Shown one piece after another: positions 52,108-63,486 of a stretch of DNA of 64,000 bases. The stretch is taken from NCBI GenBank assembly GCA_038087875.1, contig JAXLNO010000406.1:186001-250000 (forward strand). Direction: 5' to 3'. The notes beneath the pieces were generated by a model, which saw only the letters and a program-made list of their open reading frames with translations, had not been told where the DNA came from and searched no databases. The translations under genes were made by a program, and so were the position numbers. How positions within the stretch are numbered: position 1 is the stretch's first letter; each line of letters begins with the position of its first letter. The DNA is from Malacoraja senta (lineage: Eukaryota).

Positions 52108-55100
52108 TTCAATTCAATTCAATTCCTTTATTGTCATCTTGCAAGCAACAGTTGTGCAGTGCAAAACGAAAAGACGTTTCCCAGGGAATACCGGAGCATC
52201 GCACATGAAGTTTAAAACATTTCACACATAATAACAACACTAAAAACAATCCAGTCCCTGATGGAACAGTATAAAGTTTTTAAAAAAAGAAGATGAAAAC
52301 AACATTAAAATACAGTAAGACCAATCATAAACATGTCCGGGTGGCTGATTTGAGTGGCCAGTGCCAGTTATTGAAGTGGCCAGAATCAGGTGACTGTGAG
52401 TACAGAGTGGCTGTTTAACAGCCTCACAGCATATGGCAGGAAGCTGTTTAGCAGTCTTGTAGTCTGGGCTTTGATGCTGCGATATCTCTTGCCTGATGGC
52501 AGGAAATCGAGGTGTATGTGGAGAGGGTGCAGTTTGTCCTTAGCAATTCGCTGAGCTTTTTTCCGACAGCGGCTCAGGAACAGTTCTTGTACCGAGGGTA
52601 GGGAGACGCCAATGATCTTCTCTGCTCCCCTCACTACCCTCTGCAGAGCCTTCCTGTCTGAGCAGTTGCAGGTGGAGTACCACGTATTTAAACAGTACGT
52701 GAGCACAGACTCCACCGTACCCCTGTAGAAAGTCCTGAGGATGTTGGTGGGGAGTGAGGCCTGTTTTAGTTTCCTCAGGAAGTGCAGTCGCTGATGGGCC
52801 CTTTTTACAGTCCCAGTGGTGTTTCTGGACCAGGTGAGGCTGTCTGTAATTTGCACCCGAGGAACTTTATGCTCTCCACTCTCTGCACTGTGGCGCCACT
52901 GATGTTAAGGGGTGCATGCTTTGGCTGCGCCCTCCTGAAGTCGACAACCATCTCCTTTGTTTTGTCGACATTTAATTCTAGATTAATTTTGCCGCACCAG
53001 TCCACTAGTTGTTTTACTTCCTCCCTGTACATTGATTCATCGTCTCCGCTGATGAGTCCCACCACTGTTGTGTCATCCGCGAATTTTATGATTTTATTGT
53101 CCCTGAATCTGGCAGCACAGTCATGTGTGAGCAATGTGAACAACAGCGGGCTGAGCACACAGCCTTGAGGGGAGCCGGTGCTCAGCGTGATCGAGCCTGA
53201 AGTGTTCTTGCCCACACGGACTGTCTGTGGTCTCTCTGTCAGAAAGTCCAAGATCCAGTGACACAGGGTGGTGTTGAGGCCCAGCAGGGTTAGTTTCTCC
53301 ACAAGTCTCTGTGGGATGATGGTGTTGAACGCAGAGCTGAAGTCAATGTACAGGATTCTGGCGTATGTGTTTCTTTTTTCCAGATGCGTGAGCACTGTGT
53401 GCAGCGTGGTAGAGATGGCATCCTCTGTAGAACGGTTGGGGCGATAGGCAAACTGGAGGGGGTCTAACGATGAGGGGAGGCTGGCAGTAATGTGGGGTTT
53501 CACCAGGCGTTCAAAACACTTCATTATTATTGGGGTCAGGGCGACAGGGCGGTAGTCATTTAGGCAGGCAACAACTGGTTTCTTCGCTATTGGGATTATT
53601 GTACTCGTTTTGAGGCATGTGGGGACAATGGCTTGACTGAGGGAGATGGTATAGATGTCCGTTACCACATATGCTAACTCCTCAGCACATTCCTTAAGCA
53701 CACGTCCTGGGATGTTATGGGGTCCGACTGCTTTCCACGGGTTGACCTTAGACAGGATTCTCCATGTGTCCATCGGGTCTATGGTCAGGACTGGCTGGTC
53801 GGTTTGTATGCAGGGACTTGCTCTCCCCTTGGGTGTGGTGTTTGCTGCATCAAAACGAGCGAAGAAGTGTTCAGTTCATCTGGGAGAGAAGAATTCGTGT
53901 GAGTTACCTGCTGCCTTGCCTTGTACCCCGTCAGTGTTTGGATTCCCTTCCACATCCTCCTGGTGTCTCCTGTGTCACAGAGGTGTTCCTGGATTTTTCC
54001 CGCGTAGGCACGTTTCGCTGCCCTGATTCCTTTTTCCAGTGCAGTCCTGCTAGATCGAAGAGCGGATGTGTTACCGGCTCTGTAGGCTGCATCACGAGCC
54101 CTCAGCAGCGAGCGCACCTCTGCTGTCATTCATGGCTTTTTGTTTCCATGTGCAGTGAAGGTTTTCATGATGGTGACATCCTCGGTGCACTTGGCAATGT
54201 AGCTGGTTACAGTCTCTGCGTACTCCTCGATGTTGATGAGGTCGTCATAGTATGCCGCTGTCCTGAACACATCCCAGTCAGTGTGCAGGAAGCAATCCTG
54301 CAGTGCTGAGGCTGCTACCTCTGGCCAGACCCTGGTGTGTTTTCTCTCCGCTCTGGCTTGTTTCTGCCGAGGTCTGTAGGCTGGTGTTAAGAACACTGAA
54401 ATGTGGTCCGAGTGGCCCAGGTGAGGGCGTGGGGCTGCCTTGTAAGCCTCTGTGGTGTTGGTGTAAACCAAGTCCAAGATGTTCTCTCCCCTGGTCTCAA
54501 AATCCACATATTGCTTGAATTTTGGGAGCACCGTCTTAAGGCTGGTGTGATTAAAATCCCTGGCCACCACAATGAAGCTATCAGGATGTTTGGTCTGGAA
54601 CTCACTGATGGCGTCATGCAGAGCTCCCAGTGCTTCGTTGGACTTAGAATTTACATTAGCACTTGGAGCAACATATACAGCCACAACAAAAACAACGGAG
54701 AATTCCCCTCGGCAGATAGAAAGGCCGACATTTCACGATGAGGAATTCTATCAACGGAGAGCAGTGTTTCCCAGCTATTGTAGCGTTCACACACCAGTCC
54801 TTGTTTATGTACAAGCACAGGCCTCCACCTCGGCTCTTACCAGAGCCAGCTGCCTCTCTGTCCGCACGGAACGATGTCATTCCCTCCAGCTGTATTGCTG
54901 TGTCTGGGATATTACCGTGGAGCCATGATTCCGTGAAAACAAACACACAGCAGTCTCTTATGTCCCTGTATGTTGTTTTGAGAAGTCGCAGTTCGTCAAG
55001 TTTGTTGTCCAGGGAGCGGACATTAGAGAGGAGAAGCGAGGGCACTGCAGGTCGGGTGGGGTTAGCTGTTAGCCTGGCGCAGATGCCTGCTCTTTTCCCC

Positions 55101-55461
55101 CGTCTCCGCCTCGTGTAAGAGCCTGCTCTTTTACCCCGTTTCTGCCTCCTCTCACACCGCTTGCGTCTCCTCCTCCTCTCTCTCCTCTCTCTCCTCTCCC
55201 GCCTCCACTCTCCGTTCGTATACATTTCTGTGACCGTTATGTTTGACTTTGACTTTGCAGCCGGTAGTAGTAATCCGTAACGGCGTATTTTGTCTAAATC
55301 GCACCAAAACGCGCCCGTACTACTACTGTGGTTTGCCCCGATGTTTAGGAGCATGTTCCTACTGTACATATATCTTGGACAGACTGGACAAGACACACAA
55401 AACTCATTTTTTAACGCTCCGACTATCTCCCGAGGGGCCGCTGCGACTGTGCGCGCCACCA
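52108..55461 (-). mobile_element. Near full-length Rex1/Babar-like LINE (frameshifted), inserted in a CR1
   Basis: Endonuclease ([21 protein letters not shown]) and RT ([35 protein letters not shown]), with a (ttgaa)n tail. The host CR1 sequence gcctcta|gcgtg resumes after it, with a possible 4-bp tcta duplication. Confidence 0.88.
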
Positions 55462-56159
55462 TCTAGCGTGTTCAAATCCTTAATAATCACATTATTTCAA
55501 AAAGATTCCCTCTCATCCTTCCAAATTCAAGTGTATACAAGCCCAGCCGCTCCATTCTATCAACATATGACAGTCCCGCCATCCCGGCAATTAACCGGGT
55601 GAACCTACGCTGCACTCCCTCAATAGCAAGAATGTCCTTCCTCAAATTTGGAGACCAAAACCTGCACACGATACTCCAGGTGTGGTCTCACTAGGGCCAT
55701 TTACAACTGCAGAAGGACCTCTTTGCACCTATCCTCAACTCCTCTTGTTGTGAAGCCCAACATGCCATTGGCTTTCCTCACTGCCTGCTGTACCTGCATG
55801 CTTACATTCAGGAGGCTAGTCTTATGAGCCGAGCCTGCCCAGTATTCTTGCAGTCCTAACTGGTGCCCAGGATTCATTGATCCCACCCAGCCTCTTCCCC
55901 CTCTCAGGATTACATGACTCCCCAAAAAACAGCTGTCTGTACGGAGTTTGTACGTTCTGCCCGTGACCGGCGTGGGTTTTCCCCAAGATCTTCAGTTTCC
56001 TCCCGCACTCCAAAGACGTGTAGTTTTGTACGTTAATTGGCTTGGTGTAAATGTAAAAATTGTCCCTAGTGGGTGTTGGAGATAGTGTTAATGTGTGGGG
56101 ATCGCTGGTCGGCGCGGACCCGGTGGGCCGAAGGGCCTGTTTCCACGCTGTATCTCTAA

Positions 56160-57040
56160 ACTAAGCTGAACTAAACAACACAGATTACAATCAAGCCGTC
56201 CACAGTGTACAGATACAGGATAAAGGGAATAACGATTTTTAGTGCAAGATAAAGTCTAGTTACCTGCAATTAAAGATAGACCCAGGATCTCCAAAGTAGA
56301 TGGGAGGTCAGGACTGCTCTCTAGTTGGTGAGAGGACGGTTCAGTTGCCTGATAACAGCCGGGAAGAAACTGTCCCTGAATCTGGAGGTGTGCGTTTTCA
56401 CACTTCTGTACCTCTTGCCCGATGGGAGAGGGGAGAAGAGGGAGTGACCGGGGGTGAGACTGGTCCTTGATTATGCTGCTGGCCTTGCCGAGGCTGCGTG
56501 AGGTGTAGATGGAGTCGATGGAAGGGAGGTTGGTTCGTGAGATGGTCTGGGCTGCTGGCCTTGCCGAGGCAGCGTGAGGTGTAGATGGAGTCGATGGAAG
56601 GGAGGTTGGTTTGTGTGTGTGACAGTCTGGGCTGCTGGCCTTGCCGAGGCAGCGTGAGGTGTAGATGGGGTCGATGGGAGGTTGGTTTGTGTGTGTGACA
56701 GTCTGGGTGCTGGCCTTGCCGAGGCAGCGTGAGGTGTAGATGGGGTCGATGGAATGGAGGTTGGTTTGTGTGCACGACGGTCTGGGCTGCGTCCACAACT
56801 CTGCAATTTCTTGCGATCTTGGACAGAGCTGTTCCCAAAACCGTGCTGTGACACATCCCGGATAAAATCTTTTCCACAGGGCATGCGTAGATGTTGGGGA
56901 GAGTTGTTGGGAACATGCTGAACTTCCTAAGCCTTCTCAGGAAGTAGAGGCGTTGGTTTACTTTCTTGGTCGTTGCTTTGATGTGGATGGTGAGGGACAA
57001 GTTGCTGGTGATATTAACTTGTAAGAGGACACTCGATGCC
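56160..57040 (-). mobile_element. Rex1/L2-like LINE 3' fragment with an internal ~76-80-bp unit repeated about 4 times
   Basis: KKVNQRLYFLRRLRKF motif. Unit gctggccttgccgaggcagcgtgaggtgtagatgg..tcgatgg recurs between ~56475 and 56787. Confidence 0.75.
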
Positions 57041-57051
57041 CGGGCAACTCT

Positions 57052-57295
57052 GACTCACGCAACCTGGACAACTGGACAATGAAGTAGGACTCATGCAGCC
57101 TGGACAATTGGACAATGAAGTAGGACTCACGCAGCCTGGACAACTGGACAATGAAGTAGGACTCACGCAGCCTGGACAACTGGACAATGAAGTAGGACTC
57201 ACACAGCCTGGACAATTGGACGATGGACTCAGACTCACGCAGCCTGGACAATTGGACAATGAAGTAGGACTCACACAGCCTGGACAACTGGACAA
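57052..57295. repeat. 36-bp minisatellite, ~6.8 units, overlapping the end of the B30.2 exon
   Basis: Unit gactcacgcagcctggacaactggacaatgaagtag starts at 57052, 57088, 57124, 57160, 57196, 57232 and 57268 (partial). Confidence 0.95.
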
Positions 57296-57832
57296 AACGT
57301 CAGTGGGTTCCCTGAAGCCGAGACGTTGAAGAAGGGGAGGAGGCCCCCCTCGATCATATAATCGCGGAAGGAGTGGAGGTGAGAACCAGTGCTGTTATCA
57401 CAGAACAGGACCTTGCCCTCGTTGTAGTCAAGGTATACACCGATCATCTGGATCTTCTCCTGGGTGGCTGGGTGGATGGAGATCCGCGTGGAATTGGCGT
57501 CGTTGACCCTAAACACCTTCCGGTGGCACCCGGTGGACCAGACCCCTTCCTCGGGGGTCAGCGAGCTCCTGGCGCTCTTCTCCACCTTGTTGGTGGCTAC
57601 TCCCAGGTCCCATTCGGAGTTGCTGCCCACCTCCACCACCCAGTAGCACCTGCCACAGGTGATCCCTTCCTCATCTCCGAGAGGTGGCTTCCCCATCACT
57701 GAGAGGACGGGCTTCAACCCCCCACCCTGTCTCCAAAAGTGATCGACCGCCCCTTGACACAGCGCACGGTGACCAGGTCAGGGGATACATGGAGCATCGG
57801 GTGGGCCGTGTCGGGGTCCAGAGTCACAGCAA
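57271..57832 (-). CDS. B30.2 (PRY/SPRY) terminal exon of a butyrophilin-like gene, with an apparent 1-nt frameshift at 57718-57723
   Basis: tctttcag|TT GCT GTG ACT CTG GAC CCC GAC ACG GCC CAC CCG (AVTLDPDTAHPMLHVSPD). After the G6 run the frame continues GRCYWVVEV..WDLGVA..IGVYLDYNEGKVLF..LLPFF..PLTFCP. Confidence 0.88.
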
Positions 57833-57929
57833 CTGAAAGAGTCAACAGAGGTGGCGTTCAGGTTAAGGATATAGAAATATACACAATAGGTGCAGGAGGA
57901 GGCTGGGACTATCACAACATTTCCAAGTA

Positions 57930-59055
57930 AGATGTCAGGACTTTCATATGAAGAAAGACTGGATAGACTTGGTTTGTACTCGCTAGAATTTAGAAGATTG
58001 ATGGGGGATCTTATAGAAACGTACAAAATTCTTAAGGGTTTGGACAGGCTAGATGCAGGAAGATTGTTCCCGATGTTGGGGAAGTCCAGAACAAGGGGTC
58101 ACAGTTTAAGAATAAGGGGGAAGTCTTTTAGGACCGAGATGAGAAAAAAAATTCACACAGAGAGTTGTGAATCTGTGGAATTCTCTGCCACAGAAGGTAG
58201 TTGAGGCCAGTTCATTGGCAATATTTAAGAGTGAGTTAGATGTGGCCCTTGTGGCTAAAGGGATCAGGGGTTATGGAGAGAAGGCAGGTACAGGACACTG
58301 AGTTGGATGATCAGCCATGATCATATTGAATGGCGGTGCAGGCTCGAAGGGCCGAATGGCCTACTCCTGCACCTATTTTCTATGTTTCTATGTACACACA
58401 CACACACACATTCACACACACACATATTCACACAGAGAAACACACTCATAAACACACACGCACATCCATACACACATATTCACACACACACACACATATT
58501 CACACACACGCATACATACATTCACACACATACATTCACACACACACACACATATTCACACACACACATATTCACACACACACACACACATATTCACACA
58601 CACACATATTCACATACACACACACACACATATTCACACACACACACATATTCACACACACACATATTCACAGACACACACACATATTCAGACACACACA
58701 CACCCATACACACACACACATACATATTCACACACACACATATTTACACACACACACACACACACATATATAGAGATACACATAGACACACAACGAGATG
58801 AGAAAAAAAATTCACACAGAGAGTGGTGAATCTGTGGAATTCTCTGCCACAGAAAGTAGTTGAGGCCAGTTCATTGGCTATATTTAAGAGGGAGTTAGAT
58901 GTGGCCCTTGTGGCTAAAGGGATCAGGGTGTATAGAGAGAAGGAAGGTACAGGGTACTGAGTTGGATGATCAGCCATGATCATATTGAATGGCGGTGCAG
59001 GCTCGAAGGGCCGAATGGCCTACTCCTGCACCTACTTTCTATGTTTCTATGTTTC
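57930..59055 (+). mobile_element. CR1 3' end whose terminal ~260 bp is duplicated on both sides of a (CA)n tract
   Basis: gagatgagaaaaaaaattcacacagagag...(tttctatg)n occurs at ~58136-58392 and ~58795-59057. Confidence 0.8.
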
Positions 59056-59865
59056 TAAGTCATTTAGACAGGTACATGGATAGGACAAGTTTAGATGGAT
59101 ATGGGCCAAACGCAGGCAGGTAGTACTTAGTGTAGGTGGGGCATGTGGGTCAGCGTGGGCAGGTGGGACTAGTGTAGAGGGAGTACAGCGTAGGTTCACC
59201 AGCTTAATTCCCGGGATGGCGGGACTGTCATATGCTGATAGAATGGAGCAGCTGGGCTTGTACACTCTGGAATTTAGAAGGATGAGAGGGAATCCTTATT
59301 GAAACATAAATATTATTAAGGGTTTGGACACGCTAGAGGCAGGAAACATGTTCCTGATATTGGGGGAGTCCAGAACCAGGGGCCACACAGTTTAAGAATA
59401 AGGGGTAAGCGATTTAGAACGGAGATGAGGAAACACTTTTTCACACAAAGAGTTGTGAGTCTGTGGAATTCTCTGTCTCAGAGGGCGGTGGAGGCAGGTT
59501 CTCTGGATGCTTTCAAGAGAGAGTTAGATAGAGCTCTTAAAGATAGCGGAGTCAGGGGATATGGGGAGAAGGCTGGAACGGGGTACTGATTATGGATGAT
59601 CAGCCATGATCGCATTGAATGGCGGTGCTGGCTCGAAGGGCCGAATGGCCTACTCTTGCACCTATTGTCTCTTGTCTATTGACATGTAGGTCAGTGTGGG
59701 CAGGTAGTACTTAGTGTAGGTGGAGCATGTGGGCAGGTGGGACTAGTGTAGGTGGGACATGTGGGTCAGCATGGGCAAGTTGGGCCGAAGCGCCTGTTTC
59801 TATGCTGTGGACTATGAAAGTCACTAAAACAGTTGAGCAGAGACTCGGTGAGCAGAAGATCTTAC

Positions 59866-59898
59866 CAGCAGCGTTTCTGATTCTGTCCATGCATGAAA
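59866..59898 (-). CDS. Butyrophilin-like 33-nt micro-exon (xSCMDRIRNAAx)
   Basis: ctctttccttgcag|TT TCA TGC ATG GAC AGA ATC AGA AAC GCT GCT G|gtaaga, phase 1-1, in frame with the B30.2 exon. Confidence 0.8.
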
Positions 59899-60017
59899 CT
59901 GCAAGGAAAGAGGATTCAAGTTAATGAATTCAATGTGATTACAATCTGTAAACACCTGTAGGCAGGTAAGTCGTGTCTGTGACCATGAGGTCTAACAGCA
60001 CGAATCCTGAAACTTAC

Positions 60018-60044
60018 TAGCTTTGGGGAGAATCCGAATCCTTC
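60018..60044 (-). CDS. Butyrophilin-like 27-nt micro-exon (xRIRILPKAx)
   Basis: cttgtctttcag|GA AGG ATT CGG ATT CTC CCC AAA GCT A|gtaagt, phase 1-1. Confidence 0.78.
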
Positions 60045-60727
60045 CTGAAAGACAAGAGACCAATTATTAGAGGATTGACATAAAAAGCTGGAGTAACTCA
60101 GCGGGTTAGGCAGCATCTGTGGAGAACATGGATAGGTGATGTTTCACAGAGTGCTGGAGTAACTCAGCGGATCAGGCAGCATCTCTGGAGAGAAGGAATG
60201 GGCAACGTTTTCGGGTCGAGACCCTTCTTCAGACCGGTTAGGGAGAAGGGAAACGAGAGATATAGACGGTGATGTGGAGAGATAAAGAACAATGAATGAA
60301 AGATGTGCAAAACAGTAACGATGATAAAGGAAACAGGCCATTGTTAGCTGTTTGCTGGGTGATAACGAGAAGCTGGTGCGACTTGGGTGGGGGAGGGGAA
60401 GGAGAGTGGGAATACCAGGGCTACCTGAAGTTAGAGAAGTCAATGTTCATACCACTGGGCTGTAAGCTGCCCAAGAGAAATATGAGATGGGGTAGAGGGT
60501 CACCTGGTGCCACTTGTAACCTTCACAAATAGCATGTGGATGCACAGATCCTGCCTCACGCACACACACACGCACACACAGAGACAGACACGCACACAGA
60601 CATACACACATACAGAGACAGACACACACACAGACACACACACATACAGAGGCAGACACACACACACAGACACACACACGGGAGGGGAGAGGGGCAGAGA
60701 GAGACAAACCGTTGATCAGCATCTTAC

Positions 60728-60748
60728 CCAGATCATCATGCAATGTAT
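60728..60748 (-). CDS. Butyrophilin-like 21-nt heptad micro-exon (xTLHDDLx)
   Basis: atgttttgctacag|AT ACA TTG CAT GAT GAT CTG G|gtaaga, phase 1-1. Confidence 0.75.
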
Positions 60749-61181
60749 CTGTAGCAAAACATAGAGACAGAGGTTACTCAGCGCCTCTCCCTGCTTCCCC
60801 CCCTCCACTCCCCTCCCTGCTCCCTTTCTTCCCCTCCCACCCCTCCCCTCCCTGCTCCCTTTCTTCCCCTCCCACCCCTCCCCTCCCCTCCCCTCCGACC
60901 CAGGACCCGGGATGGGGTCCGGACTCACGGAGCGGGAGAGCCGGCCGCGACAGGGCTCCCCGGCGGATCGATACATCGAGCGGATACGCCGAGGCCAATC
61001 GTATCTCGACGGGCCGAATGGCCTAATCCTGCACCTGTTGTCTATAAGTGTGAACCCTCAGCCTTGTGATAGGCGAGGTGGTGGGGGGGGGGGTTGGGGT
61101 GGGTGGACGGTGGGGGTGGGGGGGGGGGCTTCTCAGCAAGCACAATGTTCATGATGTTGGGGGAGTCCAGAACCAGGGGCC

Positions 61182-63486
61182 CCACAGTTTAAGAATAAGG
61201 AGTAAGCCATTTAGAACGGAGACGAGGAAACACTATTTCACCCAGAGAGTTGTGAGTCTGTGGAATTCTCTGCCTTAGAGTGAGGTGGAGGCCGGTGCTC
61301 TGGATGCTTTCAAGAGAGAGCTAGATAGAGCTCTTAAAGATAGCGGAGTCAGGGGACATGGGGAGAAGGCAGGAACGGGCTACTGATTGGGGATGATCAG
61401 CCATGATCACATTGAATGGTGGTGCTGGCTCGAAGGGCCAAATGGCCTACTCCTGCACCTATTGTGTATTGTCTATAACTTAGTATCCTGGGACGGAGAA
61501 ATCATGGGGCACCCTGGTTAGCATGGAGGAGTTGGGCCGAAGGGCCTGTTTCCCTGCCGTGTGACTCTAAATGGGACTAGCTTAGATGGGGAACATTAGA
61601 CGGCATGGAGCGGTTGGGCCGAAGGGCCTGTTTCCCTGCTGTATGACTCTAAATGGGACTAGCCTAGATGGGGCACCGTGGTTAGCATGGAGGAGTTGGG
61701 CCGAAGGGCCTGTTTCCGTGAAAATGAAGGATCACATCTCGAGAGCTTCAGGGATAAATCCTGTGCTCTCTCCACAATAGGAAACAGAGTCCCCTTTACC
61801 CCCAATATCGTGGAGTCATTCAGTGCCCCCCACCGCGCCCCCCCCCCCACACACTTCCACCCCGCCCCCCACACTTCCCCCCCCCCCACACTTCCCCCCT
61901 CCACCCCCCAAACCTTACCCAGTTCCTTCTTCAGAGCCTCTGTAAAAGATAGAAAGTAAAATTAATCGTGGCGCAGCGGTAGAGTTGCTGCCTTACAGCG
62001 AATGCAGCGCTGGAGACCCGGGTTCCATCCCCACTACGGATGCTGTCCGTACGGAGTTTGTACGTTCCCCCTGTGACCTGCATGGGTTTTCTCCGAGATC
62101 TTCGGTTTACTCCCACACTCCAAACACGTACAGGTTTGTAGGTGAATTGGCTTGATAAATGTAAAAATTGTCACTAGTGGGTGTGGGATAGTGTTAGTGT
62201 GCGGGGACGCTGGTAGGCGCGGACCCGGTGGGCCGAAGGGCCTGTTTCCGCGCTGTATCTCTAAACTAAAACATGATTACAATCGAGCCATTTACAGTGT
62301 ACAGATAAATGATAAGGGAATAAGGTTTAGTGCAGTAGACAATAGGTGCAGGAGTAGGCCATTCGGCCCTTCGAGCCAGCACCGCCATTCAATGTGATCA
62401 TGGCTGATTATCCACAATCAATACCCCGTTCCTGCCTTCTCCCCATATCCCCTGACTCCGCTATCTTTAAGAGCTCCATCTAACTCTCTTGAAAACCGGC
62501 CTCCACCGCCCTCTGAGGCAGAGAATTCCACAGACTCACAACTCTCTGGGTGAAAAAGTATTTCCTCATCTCTGTTCTAAATGGCTTACCCCTTATTCTT
62601 TAAACCGTGGCCCCTGGTTCTGGGCTCCCCCAACATCGGGAACATGTTTCCTGCCTCTAGCATGTCCAAACCCTTAATAATCTTACATGTTCCAATAAGA
62701 TGCCCTCTCATCCTTCTAACCTCCAGAGTGTACAAGCCCAGCCGCTCCATTCTGTGACTATAAACTGAGCTAATAATAATAAATAGGGCGTCACGGTGGT
62801 GCAGCGTTAGAGTTGCTGCCTCACAGCGCGAGAGACCCGGGTTCGTTCCTGACTAGAGGTACCGTCTGTACGGAGTTTGTACGGTCCCCCCGTGACCTGC
62901 GTGGGTTTTCTCCGGGTGCTGTGGTTTCCTCCCACACTCTGAAGACCCGCAGGTTGGTAGGATGTGTAGGAAGGAACGGCAGATGCTGGTTTAAACCGAA
63001 GATAGACACAAAATGCTGGAGAAACTCAGCGGGACAGGCAGCATCTCCAGAGAGAAGGAATGGGTGATGTTTTGGGTCGAAGGTCTCAACCCAGAACATC
63101 ACCTTTTTATTTGTTTGCCTGCCCCGCTGCGTTACTCCAGCTTGTTGTATCTATTGCCAGGTTTGTAGATTCATTGGCTTCAGTTAACAAATTGTAAATT
63201 GTCCCCACTGTGTAGGATAGTGCTAGTGTAAGGGGTGATCGCTGGTCAGCAGGGACTCAGGGGGGCCGAAGGGCCTGTTTCCGAGCTGTATCTTTGATGT
63301 CTGAAGTTTGAGGTCTTTTTCTCGAGTTGAAACTGGCACGCAGCAATGCTGAGAACTATATTCTGCACTCTGTATCTCCCGCTTTGCTCTACCTATTGGA
63401 CTTGAGTTTGACCTAATTATACTCATGGAGACACAAAGAACTGCAGATGCCAGTTTACAAAGGATATACACAGATTGCTGGAGTAA
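61182..63486. repeat. Segmental duplication, copy B (matches 1-2262)
   Basis: Colinear with copy A. The match stops where a LINE tail (gata)n interrupts gctggagtaa|ctcagc. Confidence 0.95.

Noticed and set aside
57052..57295. 36-bp repeats as a CRISPR array
   Set aside because: Units are contiguous with no unique spacers, there are no cas genes, and the context is eukaryotic.
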